DNA of 64,000 bases, taken from the NCBI GenBank assembly GCA_040765685.1, contig JAXGRS010000007.1:21079-85078 (forward strand). The letters are read 5' to 3'. The translations under genes and the position numbers were made by a program. This stretch comes from Anaerolineaceae bacterium. Lineage in GTDB: Bacteria; Chloroflexota; Anaerolineae; Anaerolineales; Anaerolineaceae. Below, in pieces: positions 1 to 8,985 of the stretch; the stretch's first letter is position 1, and each line of letters opens with the position of its first letter. Under the pieces are notes generated by a model. It was not told the DNA's origin and made no database searches. It was given only the letters and a program-made list of their open reading frames with translations.

Positions 1-27
1 AACTGGCGATAATCCGCCAGTTCTTCG

Positions 28-1338
28 TTGTTGCTGGATATATCACTTATAATATCTTTAATGACAACACCGGAAAAAACCTCTTCTCCAAATTGGAACA
101 ATACGACCAAGCTGGTTGTGGGTTTATCTTTAGCCGGTTTGATCATTATGTTGATCATCAGGTTTCAGAATATCCTTGCGCCGTTACTGGTATCCGTACT
201 GCTGGCTTATTTATTCCATCCAATCGCTTCCTTTATTAATCGAAAACTGAAGATTCCCTGGGCAATCATTGCGCTTCTGTTGTACCTGTTGTTGTTCGCA
301 GCGATCATCGGTTTATTAACCTGGGGTGGCATCTCGCTGGTGGAACAGATCCAAAACCTGATCAAATATATCCAGCAGTTGATCACCGAAATCCCCGCAT
401 TTTTCGAGAGAATATCCAGTAAGCCTTTGGAGATTGGTCCTTTTGACCTGGATCTTTCCCGCCTGGAATTGGACAGCCTCTGGACACAATTGCTAAACAT
501 TGTGCAACCCGTACTCTCCCAGATGGGCAGCCTTATCGGTTCACTGGCATCAGGGATCGGGAATACGGTCATTTGGCTGATCTTTACACTATTGATCTCT
601 TACTTTATTCTGGCCGAGTCAAATGCCGCGCAAGCTAATATGGGCTTATTCCAAATCCCAAAATATCAGCAGGATATGGCGAAACTTGGTCAACAGCTCG
701 GGCATATATGGAACGCTTTCCTGCGCGGGCAGCTGGTTGTGATCCTCATCACGATCGCCTATTACTCCGTTTTACTAAGCATCCTGGGTGTACGTTACTT
801 CTTCCTGTTGGCCATCCTGGCAGGGTTGGCCAGGTTCGTGCCCTATGTGGGTACTGCTGTGGCGTGGACGACCTATGGTTTGGTTGCTCTCTTCCAGACC
901 AACTATTTTGGCATGCAAGCTTTTCCGTTTGCTCTGCTGGTAGTGGGTTGCGCCTGGGTCTCAGACCTGTTGCTGGACAATTTTATGGTCCCGCGCGTGA
1001 TGTCCGATGCTCTGGAGATCCACCCGGCAGCTGTGCTGGTAATGGTGATCGTATCTGCCAGTCTCTTTGGTGTCCTGGGGATGCTATTGGCAGCTCCTGT
1101 TCTGGCGTCTCTTAAATTAATTTTTACTTACATTTTGCGCAAATTATCTGATCAGGACCCCTGGGCAGGTTTAAAGATGATCGCGGCACCTGAACCGGTG
1201 AAAGTGACGTTTGGACGGTTGGTTAACGGGATCATGGTCAATGTCAAAAAAATTGGAGTACTGATAAAAAAAATGTCTCAAGGTATTATTAACCTATTCA
1301 ACAAAACCCGACCCATATCTAAAGGAGAGAAAAAATGA
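28..1338 (+). CDS. AI-2E family transporter (UPF0118/PerM-like permease)
   Basis: 436-aa ORF with multiple hydrophobic helices. The C-terminal half resembles AI-2E permeases (LAGLARFVPYVG, LLAAPVLA). TTG start at 28, TGA stop at 1336-1338. Confidence 0.8.
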   Translation: MLLDISLIISLMTTPEKTSSPNWNNTTKLVVGLSLAGLIIMLIIRFQNILAPLLVSVLLAYLFHPIASFINRKLKIPWAIIALLLYLLLFAAIIGLLTWGGISLVEQIQNLIKYIQQLITEIPAFFERISSKPLEIGPFDLDLSRLELDSLWTQLLNIVQPVLSQMGSLIGSLASGIGNTVIWLIFTLLISYFILAESNAAQANMGLFQIPKYQQDMAKLGQQLGHIWNAFLRGQLVVILITIAYYSVLLSILGVRYFFLLAILAGLARFVPYVGTAVAWTTYGLVALFQTNYFGMQAFPFALLVVGCAWVSDLLLDNFMVPRVMSDALEIHPAAVLVMVIVSASLFGVLGMLLAAPVLASLKLIFTYILRKLSDQDPWAGLKMIAAPEPVKVTFGRLVNGIMVNVKKIGVLIKKMSQGIINLFNKTRPISKGEKK

Positions 1339-1514
1339 GTGACAATTACGAACCAAAGGTAAAGACAATCGCGGAGACTGAAAGCTATGCAGTCTGGTCA
1401 GCAGAGGAACCGGATGGTGAAACCACCTACAATCTGGAACTGAATAATGTGACGATTCACATGTTCGAAGAAGAATACAAGGAATTCCTGGAACTGGCCA
1501 AGAAACTGAAGTAA
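1335..1514 (+). CDS. hypothetical small acidic protein (59 aa), not in the supplied ORF track
   Basis: The ATG at 1335 overlaps the upstream TGA (ATGA junction). AAAGGAG lies at 1321-1327. The frame stays open to TAA 1512-1514 and is followed by a hairpin at 1531-1556. Confidence 0.55.
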   Translation: MSDNYEPKVKTIAETESYAVWSAEEPDGETTYNLELNNVTIHMFEEEYKEFLELAKKLK

Positions 1515-1530
1515 CCACTGCACACGTTCA

Positions 1531-1556
1531 CACAGGGCAGGAACTCCTGTCCTGTG
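1531..1556 (+). terminator. putative hairpin terminator after the small ORF
   Basis: Stem cacagggcagg / cctgtcctgtg with one mismatch and loop aact. It is followed by tgcgttt, a weak U-tract. Confidence 0.5.
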
Positions 1557-1625
1557 TGCGTTTAAGGTCTGATTTGTTTTAAGGTACAATCATTAGCGAC
1601 TTCACTACAGATACCAGGAATAAAA

Positions 1626-2681
1626 ATGGATCTTAACGATTATAAAAATTTTGCCCAACTGGATACTGAGCATATGCTCACGTATATTGACGAACTACCC
1701 GCACAACTGGAAGCTGCTTATAAATTGGGATTGTCTCTCACGCTGCCGGCTTTTCAACCAGTTGAGCGAATTGTGGTTGCAGGAATGGGCGGGTCCGCGA
1801 TTGGCGCAGACCTGATCGCGGCTTACCTGGCTGACCGACTTTCGATTCCTTTCCTGATCCATCGGGATTACAACCTGCCCTTTTACGCGGCTGGCAGCCA
1901 AACCTTTGTCATTGTTTCATCTCATTCGGGCAATACCGAGGAGGCTTTGTCCGCGTTTGAGACTGCCCAAGCGCGCGGTTGCCAGTTACTGGCGATATGT
2001 ACTGGCGGTAAACTGGAATCAGAAAGCCACGATGCCGGGATTCCAGTTTGGAAATTTGATCACAGCGGGCAACCGCGGACAGCTGTAGGTTATTCGTTTG
2101 GATTACTCCTGGCGTTGCTAACGAAGCTTCAGCTTGTTGCTGATCAGACGAGTGAGGTAAACCACACCTGTGAGGTGATGACATCGCTACAGGCCAGGAT
2201 CAAGGCGGATGTACCGGTAATAAGTAACCCTGCCAAACGCCAGGCCGGGCAATTTGTAAATCGGCATGTGACCATTTTCGCCAGCGGGTTCTTATCACCA
2301 GTAGCAAGGCGTTGGAAAACCCAATTCAATGAAGTGGCAAAAGCCTTTGCTGCCTTTGAAGTACTCCCAGAAGCAGATCACAATACGCTGGCAGGGATCT
2401 ATAACCCCGGGCAGCAAGTATGCCAGGAATATGCCATGTTTCTCACCGCATCACTCGAACTTCCCCGAAATTTGGAGCGTGTAGAGAAGACCAGGCAGCT
2501 TTTAATGCTGGAAGGCATCGGTACAGACTCTTTCAACGCCAAAGGGGAAACCCGCCTGGCGCAGATCTGGAGCAGCCTGCTTTTTGGTGATTATGTGGCT
2601 TATTACCTGGCCATGTTATATGACACAGATCCAACCCCTATCCCGCCGATCACGCTGCTTAAAGAAGAATTAAGTCAATAA
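1626..2681 (+). CDS. bifunctional phosphoglucose/phosphomannose isomerase family protein (SIS domain)
   Basis: SIS motifs GMGGSAIGADL and VSSHSGNTEE. Length of 351 aa is typical of the PGI/PMI family. Confidence 0.8.
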   Translation: MDLNDYKNFAQLDTEHMLTYIDELPAQLEAAYKLGLSLTLPAFQPVERIVVAGMGGSAIGADLIAAYLADRLSIPFLIHRDYNLPFYAAGSQTFVIVSSHSGNTEEALSAFETAQARGCQLLAICTGGKLESESHDAGIPVWKFDHSGQPRTAVGYSFGLLLALLTKLQLVADQTSEVNHTCEVMTSLQARIKADVPVISNPAKRQAGQFVNRHVTIFASGFLSPVARRWKTQFNEVAKAFAAFEVLPEADHNTLAGIYNPGQQVCQEYAMFLTASLELPRNLERVEKTRQLLMLEGIGTDSFNAKGETRLAQIWSSLLFGDYVAYYLAMLYDTDPTPIPPITLLKEELSQ

Positions 2682-2718
2682 TTCATTGGTTGATTCAGTT
2701 ATTATTGGTCTTTTTCTG

Positions 2719-2746
2719 TTGACTATTAGAACAAAAATGCTATAAT
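2719..2746 (+). promoter_or_regulatory. sigma70-type promoter of dinB (leaderless)
   Basis: TTGACT at 2719-2724, 16-nt spacer, extended -10 TGcTATAAT ending at 2746. The ATG at 2754 is 7 nt downstream and there is no SD. Confidence 0.7.
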
Positions 2747-2753
2747 AGAGCAA

Positions 2754-3953
2754 ATGAAGAATTCTGTACCCCGAAAGATCATCCATCTCGACCTTGATGC
2801 TTTTTTTTGCGCGGTTGAAGAATTAAAGGATCCTGCCCTGGCGGGCAAAGCCTTTGCTGTCGGCGGGAAGGCCGGACAACGTGGGGTGATCTCTTCCTGT
2901 TCCTATCCGGCGCGCAAAAAAGGGGTTCATTCTGCCATGCCGACAGGGCAGGCGTTCCGTTTATGCCCGGATTTGATCCTGATATCAAGTAATTTTGGCG
3001 ATTATCACACAAAATCTCAGGAAGTTATGGAGATCCTCCATCAATGGAGCGGTCTGGTGGAGCAGATCTCGGTAGATGAGGCATTCATCGATGTGAGCGA
3101 CCTTCCACAAGGGGTAGAGGAGATTGCTCAATCACTTCAGCAGCAGGTTTTGGAAAAAACCGGTCTACCCTGTTCGATCGGTGCCGCGGGGAATAAACTG
3201 GTCGCGAAGATAGCCACGGACACAGGAAAGAGCGCCAGCAAAAGTGACAATTATCCGAGATCCATCCTGTGTGTGCCTCCTGGAAAAGAAGCGGAATTCC
3301 TGGCACCGCTGCCAGTAAAGGCCATGTGGGGGGTGGGACCAAAAATGGCTGCCAGCCTGGCCGATATGGGAATGCGTACGATCGGTGATATTGCCAATAG
3401 CCCCCTGGAGTTGATGGAGAGGCGCTTTGGCAAGTATGGGGCAGACCTGCACCGTCACGCGCAAGGCATCGATGACCGTCCGGTAACGGTTGAATATGAA
3501 GCCAAGTCAATCAGCCAGGAGGTGACCTTCGCCAATGATACAACCGATCTGAACTTTTTACGGAGCACACTACGTGACCTCTCAGCAAAGGTCGGCTACC
3601 GTATGCGCTGTGACGGGGTTTGCGCCCGGGTAATTCGCATCAAGCTGAGATGGTCTGATTTCACCACGCTCACCCGCCAGGTAGCGCTATCCGCTCCGAC
3701 GGATCAGGATGGTGTTATCTACGCGACAGCCGAGTCACTCCTAAAAAAGGTCTGGCTGACTGATCGACCGGTGCGACTGATCGGGGTGGGTGGGTCGAAC
3801 CTGATTGAACAGGTACACCAGTTATCGCTTTTTGATACTCAAACGGAGAAGGAACGCCGTTTGCTGGGGGCTCTGGATGAGTTGCGTGAAAAGTTTGGTA
3901 AGGGGGCTGTGCAGCGGGCTGACCATCTACAAAAGAAGAACACTAAAGGATAA
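2754..3953 (+). CDS. dinB: DNA polymerase IV (Y-family)
   Basis: IHLDLDAFFCAVEE, SVDEAFIDV and WGVGPK motifs; 399 aa. Confidence 0.9.
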   Translation: MKNSVPRKIIHLDLDAFFCAVEELKDPALAGKAFAVGGKAGQRGVISSCSYPARKKGVHSAMPTGQAFRLCPDLILISSNFGDYHTKSQEVMEILHQWSGLVEQISVDEAFIDVSDLPQGVEEIAQSLQQQVLEKTGLPCSIGAAGNKLVAKIATDTGKSASKSDNYPRSILCVPPGKEAEFLAPLPVKAMWGVGPKMAASLADMGMRTIGDIANSPLELMERRFGKYGADLHRHAQGIDDRPVTVEYEAKSISQEVTFANDTTDLNFLRSTLRDLSAKVGYRMRCDGVCARVIRIKLRWSDFTTLTRQVALSAPTDQDGVIYATAESLLKKVWLTDRPVRLIGVGGSNLIEQVHQLSLFDTQTEKERRLLGALDELREKFGKGAVQRADHLQKKNTKG

Positions 3954-3984
3954 GCCGGGCGTGCAAATAATTTCAGCAAGATGC

Positions 3985-4013
3985 TTGCCATACATGATGG
4001 AGTGCTTTATAAT
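3985..4013 (+). promoter_or_regulatory. sigma70-type promoter of tRNA-Thr
   Basis: TTGCCA at 3985-3990, 17-nt spacer, TATAAT at 4008-4013. The tRNA starts at 4031. Confidence 0.7.
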
Positions 4014-4030
4014 TCCGGCGTTCGAAGCAA

Positions 4031-4103
4031 GCCACCGTAGCTCAGTCGGCAGAGCAGTCGCTTCGTAAGCGACGGGTCAAGGGTTCGACTCCCTTCGGTG
4101 GCT
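4031..4103 (+). tRNA. tRNA-Thr (anticodon CGT)
   Basis: Cloverleaf read by eye: acceptor GCCACCG/CGGTGGC, D arm GCTC..GAGC, anticodon stem GTCGC/GCGAC with loop TTCGTAA, T arm AAGGG-TTCGACT-CCCTT. CCA is not encoded. Confidence 0.9.
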
Positions 4104-4220
4104 CTTTCTATTACCACGTTCGATTGGGTCAAGGGTTTACCCAGTATACACACCAATCGTTGATTGAATCCAAAATCCACACCATCAATCCAGAGATTAT
4201 TGTTGTATTACAATAAAGTT

Positions 4221-4820
4221 ATGAGTGAAAAGAAGAACCGGTCAAAATCCGGTTGCCTGTGGCTGATATTATCTATGATGGTTGTCCTTGTGATTCTTTC
4301 CCCACTGTTGTTGCGCGGACTAGGACAGTTGCTAGTTTATGCTGACCCGCTGGAGCAAGCGGACATGGCAGTCGCGTTGAGCGGCGATACAGGGGACCGT
4401 GTCTCTGAAGCGGCTATCCTGATGCGGAATGGATATGTTGAGGGGATCATCATCACATACACCAATGAAGCGGCGCGTGATGCTTTGTTCAACGCCGCGG
4501 TAAAAAAAGAAATTTCAGGCGGCAGGATCTACACAACTTACTCTACAGTTTCCAACACCGTGGAGGAAGCGAAGGCAGTGCGCGGGCTGACGGATGAGCG
4601 TACCTGGGATTCCTTGATCATCATCACTGATCCATTTCATGCGCTGCGAACTCGCATCATTTTTCGTGATATTTTTCAAGGCACCGGTGTCAGTATTCAG
4701 GTGCGGACCGTTCCCGACCACTGGTACCGCGCAAATACCTGGTGGAAAACCAGTGAAGGAGTTAGTCTAACTGTCCAGGAATATCTCAAAATTTTTCTAT
4801 ATTACTTCGGCCGGTATTAA
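4221..4820 (+). CDS. YdcF/DUF218 family protein (membrane-anchored)
   Basis: N-terminal TM segment followed by a DUF218-like core (LSGDTGDR, IIITDPFHALR). I prefer ATG 4221 because TACAAT at 4209-4214 lies 6 nt upstream. The track starts at TTG 4164. Confidence 0.7.
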   Translation: MSEKKNRSKSGCLWLILSMMVVLVILSPLLLRGLGQLLVYADPLEQADMAVALSGDTGDRVSEAAILMRNGYVEGIIITYTNEAARDALFNAAVKKEISGGRIYTTYSTVSNTVEEAKAVRGLTDERTWDSLIIITDPFHALRTRIIFRDIFQGTGVSIQVRTVPDHWYRANTWWKTSEGVSLTVQEYLKIFLYYFGRY

Positions 4821-4890
4821 GGTTCGAAATCGTTAGATCAAATCGTCATTTTTATATACATCGAAAACTACTTTCATTTATAATAATGAC

Positions 4891-5532
4891 ATGTCCAATA
4901 AAAAACCCCCCCTTGTCATAGGTATTGCTGGTGGTTCTGGTTCAGGCAAGACCACTGCGGCAGATATCATTCTTAAAAAAGTGGGCAGGCACCGCATCGC
5001 TTACCTGCAGCATGATTCTTATTATCGCGACCTGTCCGATCTTCCTGTGAACCAGCGGCGTGAGGTCAATTTCGATCATCCGGATTCACTCGAATCCGCT
5101 TTGATGATGGAGCACATTCTCCAATTAAAACAGTGGAAACCGGTGGAAGTGCCGCTCTACGACTTTACCAAACACAACCGAACGGATAAGACCATTCATG
5201 TTGAGCCGAGGCGGGTCATTCTGGTGGAAGGGATTTTGATCTTCAACGAACCTGCCCTGCGCTCCCTCTTCGATGTGAAGATCTTTGTGGATACTGACGC
5301 GGATATTCGTTTTATCCGTCGATTAAAACGCGATATTGAAGAGCGCGGCCGTACAACTGAAATGGTGGTGAATCAATATCTCTCGACTGTCCGCCCCATG
5401 CACCTGGAGTTTGTGGAACCTTCCAAACGTTACGCCGATGTGATCATCCCTGAAGGCGGGTTGAACGAGGTAGCCATGGACATGGTGATTGCCCGGATCG
5501 AATCCCTGCTGAAGGAAGAAGCTAACAACTGA
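4891..5532 (+). CDS. udk: uridine kinase
   Basis: P-loop GIAGGSGSGKTT, DSYY, FDHPDS and DTDADIRFIRRLKRD motifs. TATAAT at 4879-4884 lies 6 nt before the ATG. Confidence 0.9.
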   Translation: MSNKKPPLVIGIAGGSGSGKTTAADIILKKVGRHRIAYLQHDSYYRDLSDLPVNQRREVNFDHPDSLESALMMEHILQLKQWKPVEVPLYDFTKHNRTDKTIHVEPRRVILVEGILIFNEPALRSLFDVKIFVDTDADIRFIRRLKRDIEERGRTTEMVVNQYLSTVRPMHLEFVEPSKRYADVIIPEGGLNEVAMDMVIARIESLLKEEANN

Positions 5533-6078
5533 TTGATGAAAAAACTGACCGGTTGGAGGTTAACGGTCGTGCGTGTGTTGGTCCTCCTGTTGGTTGTTGG
5601 ACTGACAGTATTTCTGTTTATAAATCGTGACCGGGTGAAGGAACTGGAAGCGCTGGGTTACCCCGGTGTTTTTTTAGTATCTCTTCTGGCCAACGCCACA
5701 CTCATCCTGCCGGTGCCTGGGGTTTTATTTACCTCTGCGATGGGAGCGGTTTTTAATCCCTACCTGGTGGCTTTAGCCGCAGGGACTGGCGCGACGCTTG
5801 GGGAACTCACCGGTTATATGGCAGGCTTTAGCGGGCAGGGAGTGATAGAAAATCGCAAGTGGTATGACAAGGTTACTTCATGGATGACAAAATACGGCGG
5901 GATTACCGTCTTGGTATTGGCTTTTATCCCTAACCCGGTTTTTGACATCGCCGGTATGGTGGCAGGGGCTTTACGTATGCCCATGTGGAAATACCTGATC
6001 TTCAGCTGGATCGGAAAAGTGGGGAAAATGCTGCTTTTTGCGCTGGGTGGGGCTGAATTATTTAATCTATTTTTGTGA
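5533..6078 (+). CDS. YqaA/DedA-type VTT-domain membrane protein
   Basis: Four to five hydrophobic helices and a YqaA-like pattern (LLANATLILPVPG, GELTGY, YGGITVLVLAFIP). The start could instead be ATG 5536. Confidence 0.7.
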   Translation: MMKKLTGWRLTVVRVLVLLLVVGLTVFLFINRDRVKELEALGYPGVFLVSLLANATLILPVPGVLFTSAMGAVFNPYLVALAAGTGATLGELTGYMAGFSGQGVIENRKWYDKVTSWMTKYGGITVLVLAFIPNPVFDIAGMVAGALRMPMWKYLIFSWIGKVGKMLLFALGGAELFNLFL

Positions 6079-6128
6079 AATGAAATAGGATGTCGAGTTC
6101 TTGTGGGTGGAGCTTACTTACAAAAAAA

Positions 6129-6157
6129 ACGGGACAATAATTTGTCCCGTTTTTTTT
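6129..6157. terminator. bidirectional rho-independent terminator
   Basis: Stem acgggacaa / ttgtcccgt with loop taat, flanked by an A-run (6122-6128) and a T-run (6151-6157). It sits between convergent genes. Confidence 0.85.
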
Positions 6158-6171
6158 GTAATCGGTAACTA

Positions 6172-8070
6172 TTAATCAGAGAGCCAGTCGATCTTCAATT
6201 CCTTTAACTTTTGGAGGGAAGGTACGCCTTCCAAATTCCACCCCAGTATTCCATAATGTTGATCAATGGCCATCTCAAGCTCTGCTTCGTTGACCGCTGT
6301 ACCAGCTGAAGGTCCGGCACCTATCAGCGGCACAAAGAATTTTGCAGGCAGTTTATCGTCTTTACGTGTGAAACCCTCGCGGAGGTTAAAGACCCGTAGC
6401 ATATTGATGCGCCGTTCACCAGCCTGCAATAGTTCCTCCAGTGTTACGTCCCAACCTGTCGCGGCTTGCACGAGTTCCACAGTCTCTTTCGGGCCGTAAA
6501 GCGTCCAGGCTGGTCCCCAAACAAACTGACAAACGGTCAGGGTATCAAGCAGGCTGTAGAAAATGTGTGACAGCGTGCCGAATTTTACTTTTTCAGATCC
6601 AAAAGAACCAGCTGGAGGAGCATTAGTTAACCCCATCAGCGCCAGGCGCTCCAGGTACAATTCGGCAGTTCCCTCTTCGTACATCCAATCATGTTCACTT
6701 GACTGATGATCAGCCCCGAATGCATTTACCGCATAAATTAGCGCAAGTGATTTCTTGACCTGCGGCATGTGGGCGGGGGCTTCCTGGTTCTTTACTGTGA
6801 TCAGGCACTTCTCAGCTTCCGGACCCCATTCTTTGGCCACGCGGGCTGATCCTAACGAAAGCAATTCGCCAAACGGGGTAGATTTGTTGACGATCTGTTC
6901 CAGCAATGTGAGCATGGCCTTGGTATTGCCGAACTTAAGCTCGATACCGCCGGTTTCCTTCTTAGTGATAATGCCTTTTTCGTAGCATTCCATAGCGAAG
7001 GCGATCGTTGCTCCGCAGGTGATGGTATCCACCCCAAAATCGTTGCAGATCTGGTTGGCATAACTGATCGCGACCAGGTCATCAATACCGCAATAACTGC
7101 CGAATGTGCCAATGGTCTCGTATTCCGGACCGCCAAAAACAGGTTCCACCTTGAGGCCATCTTTTTCACCTTCCACCACGCGCTTGCAACGCACTGCGCA
7201 TGAGAAGCAGGTATCGTTGTTTTTCAGGATTGTTTCGGTCATTGTTTCACCGGTAATGCTGGCAACGCCTTCGAACTGACCTTCCGTGTAATTACGGGTA
7301 GGAAATGTTCCCGCATCGTTTTGGTATCCGACTACACTCGCGGTGCCATGATTGGCAAGACCTTCCACGTCAGGGTTGTTCTTCACATCTTTTGCACCCT
7401 GCCTGGCGAGTTCAAGGATCTTTTTCGGGTCGGCTGCTGTTACTTTTGCAGTTCCTCTGACCGCGACCGCTTTCAAATTTTTGCTGGCCATGACGGTTCC
7501 CATACCTGTGCGGCCATTATTGCGGTTAACCATATTGACGATACTGGAGAAAAGCACCCCTTTCTCAGCAGCTGGACCAACCTGTGCGATTTGTGCTTTC
7601 GGATCACCCAATTCGTCCTTCAACATTTTGTCGACCACTTTGGTTGATTTTCCCCACAGGTGAGTGGCATCTCGGAGTTCAGCTTTGCCGTCGTGAAGCC
7701 ATAGGTAAACTGGTTTATCAGCCTTTCCTGTGATCACAATTCCATCAAAACCAGCGAATTTAACCTCAGCCGGGAAGAAACCACCAGCCTGAGAATCACC
7801 AATACCACCACTCATAGGAGATTTCGCATTCACACAAATTCGGCTCTGACCGGAGACGGGCAGCCCTGTCACTACGGAACACATGAAGGTGAGGATATTA
7901 TCCGGAGAGAGCGGATCAGTTCCGGGTTTCACACCTTTCAGAATGTAATAAAGCCCCATGGCACCTCCCCCCATGTAAGTGCGATAGAATTCCTCGGGGG
8001 GGTTCTCGACGGTCAATTTTCGATTGGTGAGATTGACGTGCAGGATATTACCAGTGTATCCAAATGGCAT
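6172..8070 (-). CDS. aor: aldehyde:ferredoxin oxidoreductase family protein (tungstopterin enzyme)
   Basis: 632 aa with an AOR-type N-terminus (MPFGYTGNILHVNL) and the [4Fe-4S] motif CFSCAVRC. SD GGAGGA at 8075-8080. Confidence 0.9.
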   Translation of the reverse strand: MPFGYTGNILHVNLTNRKLTVENPPEEFYRTYMGGGAMGLYYILKGVKPGTDPLSPDNILTFMCSVVTGLPVSGQSRICVNAKSPMSGGIGDSQAGGFFPAEVKFAGFDGIVITGKADKPVYLWLHDGKAELRDATHLWGKSTKVVDKMLKDELGDPKAQIAQVGPAAEKGVLFSSIVNMVNRNNGRTGMGTVMASKNLKAVAVRGTAKVTAADPKKILELARQGAKDVKNNPDVEGLANHGTASVVGYQNDAGTFPTRNYTEGQFEGVASITGETMTETILKNNDTCFSCAVRCKRVVEGEKDGLKVEPVFGGPEYETIGTFGSYCGIDDLVAISYANQICNDFGVDTITCGATIAFAMECYEKGIITKKETGGIELKFGNTKAMLTLLEQIVNKSTPFGELLSLGSARVAKEWGPEAEKCLITVKNQEAPAHMPQVKKSLALIYAVNAFGADHQSSEHDWMYEEGTAELYLERLALMGLTNAPPAGSFGSEKVKFGTLSHIFYSLLDTLTVCQFVWGPAWTLYGPKETVELVQAATGWDVTLEELLQAGERRINMLRVFNLREGFTRKDDKLPAKFFVPLIGAGPSAGTAVNEAELEMAIDQHYGILGWNLEGVPSLQKLKELKIDWLSD

Positions 8071-8092
8071 TTTGTCCTCCAGGGTCTATTTT

Positions 8093-8122
8093 TGTATAAT
8101 GAAAAACTCTTACGGATGTCAA
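8093..8122 (-). promoter_or_regulatory. putative promoter of aor
   Basis: On the minus strand: TTGACA (8122-8117), 18-nt spacer, TATACA (8098-8093). This predicts a short SD-containing leader. Confidence 0.45.
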
Positions 8123-8177
8123 GTATAATTTTACAGAACAATTGGTAAAATTCAATCAAAAAGGATGATGGAATTTT

Positions 8178-8423
8178 GTGAAGGTGCGCATTTCATTCGT
8201 CGGTAAAGTCCAGCAATACGCGGGTGATGAAAGCTTTATCCTTCAATTACCGGATACAGCTGATGTCACAGACCTGTTCAGGGAATTGACCAGGCAGAAA
8301 CCGGCATTAAGTGAAATTATGCGCTTTTTGTTTGTCTCTGTGAACCAGGTGATGGCTCCCCGCAACCGCATCCTTAAGGATGGAGACGAGGTTGCGCTTT
8401 TTTTCAGGATGGGTGGGGGATAA
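8178..8423 (+). CDS. MoaD/ThiS-family sulfur-carrier protein
   Basis: 81 aa with a ubiquitin-like pattern and a C-terminal GGG ending (…FFRMGGG). GTG start. Divergent from aor. Confidence 0.75.
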   Translation: MKVRISFVGKVQQYAGDESFILQLPDTADVTDLFRELTRQKPALSEIMRFLFVSVNQVMAPRNRILKDGDEVALFFRMGGG

Positions 8424-8453
8424 CGAATTTTATTAGACGATCTAATAAATTAC

Positions 8454-8860
8454 GCACAGGCCAGCCGATAAGCCGCATTCTGTAACCCGGGAAGGTATGC
8501 GTAGTGCACGGTTCCCGGGCCGATGGTCATCTCTCTAGGCCGAATGTCACCATCCAGCTCATGCAGCCCACCCGAGACTCATAAGAAAACGGGCCGTTTC
8601 CCGCCGCCGAAGCGGACATGGTCTCTGCTTGGCCTTGCTCCAGTCAGGGGTTGCCTGGCCGCCGCATTACTGCGACGCCGGTGGTCTCTTGCACCACCTT
8701 TTCACCCTTGCCCTTTCGGGCGGTATGTTTCTGTGGCCCTGTCCGGCAGGTTTTCCCGAAGGATCCCCGTCCCGGGTATTACCCGGTGACCTGCCCTGTG
8801 GAGTGCGGACTTTCCTCGACGCTGATCGCTCAACGCCGCGACCATCTGGCTGACCTGTGC
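8454..8860 (-). ncRNA. rnpB: RNase P RNA, bacterial type A
   Basis: The minus strand carries conserved GAGGAAAGUCCG (P4), AGGGUGAAAAGGUG, GCAAGGCCAA and ACAGAAUGCGGCUUAUCGG. The 5' GCACAGGUCAGCC pairs with the 3' GGCUGGCCUGUGC to form P1. The overlapping ORFs in the track here are spurious. Confidence 0.9.
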
Positions 8861-8865
8861 GCTTC

Positions 8866-8894
8866 ATCATACCCCGTACCCAGCATGTCGTCAA
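8866..8894 (-). promoter_or_regulatory. sigma70-type promoter of rnpB
   Basis: On the minus strand: TTGACG (8894-8889), 17-nt spacer, TATGAT (8871-8866). The predicted TSS falls near 8860, at the 5' end of P1. Confidence 0.65.
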
Positions 8895-8985
8895 TGACAG
8901 GAAAAATGGTTTTATAATTACCCACACAGAATATCCAATAGTCGCGGAAGGACTGCCGCGCTAAACTAAAACCTATGAGGTGAAC

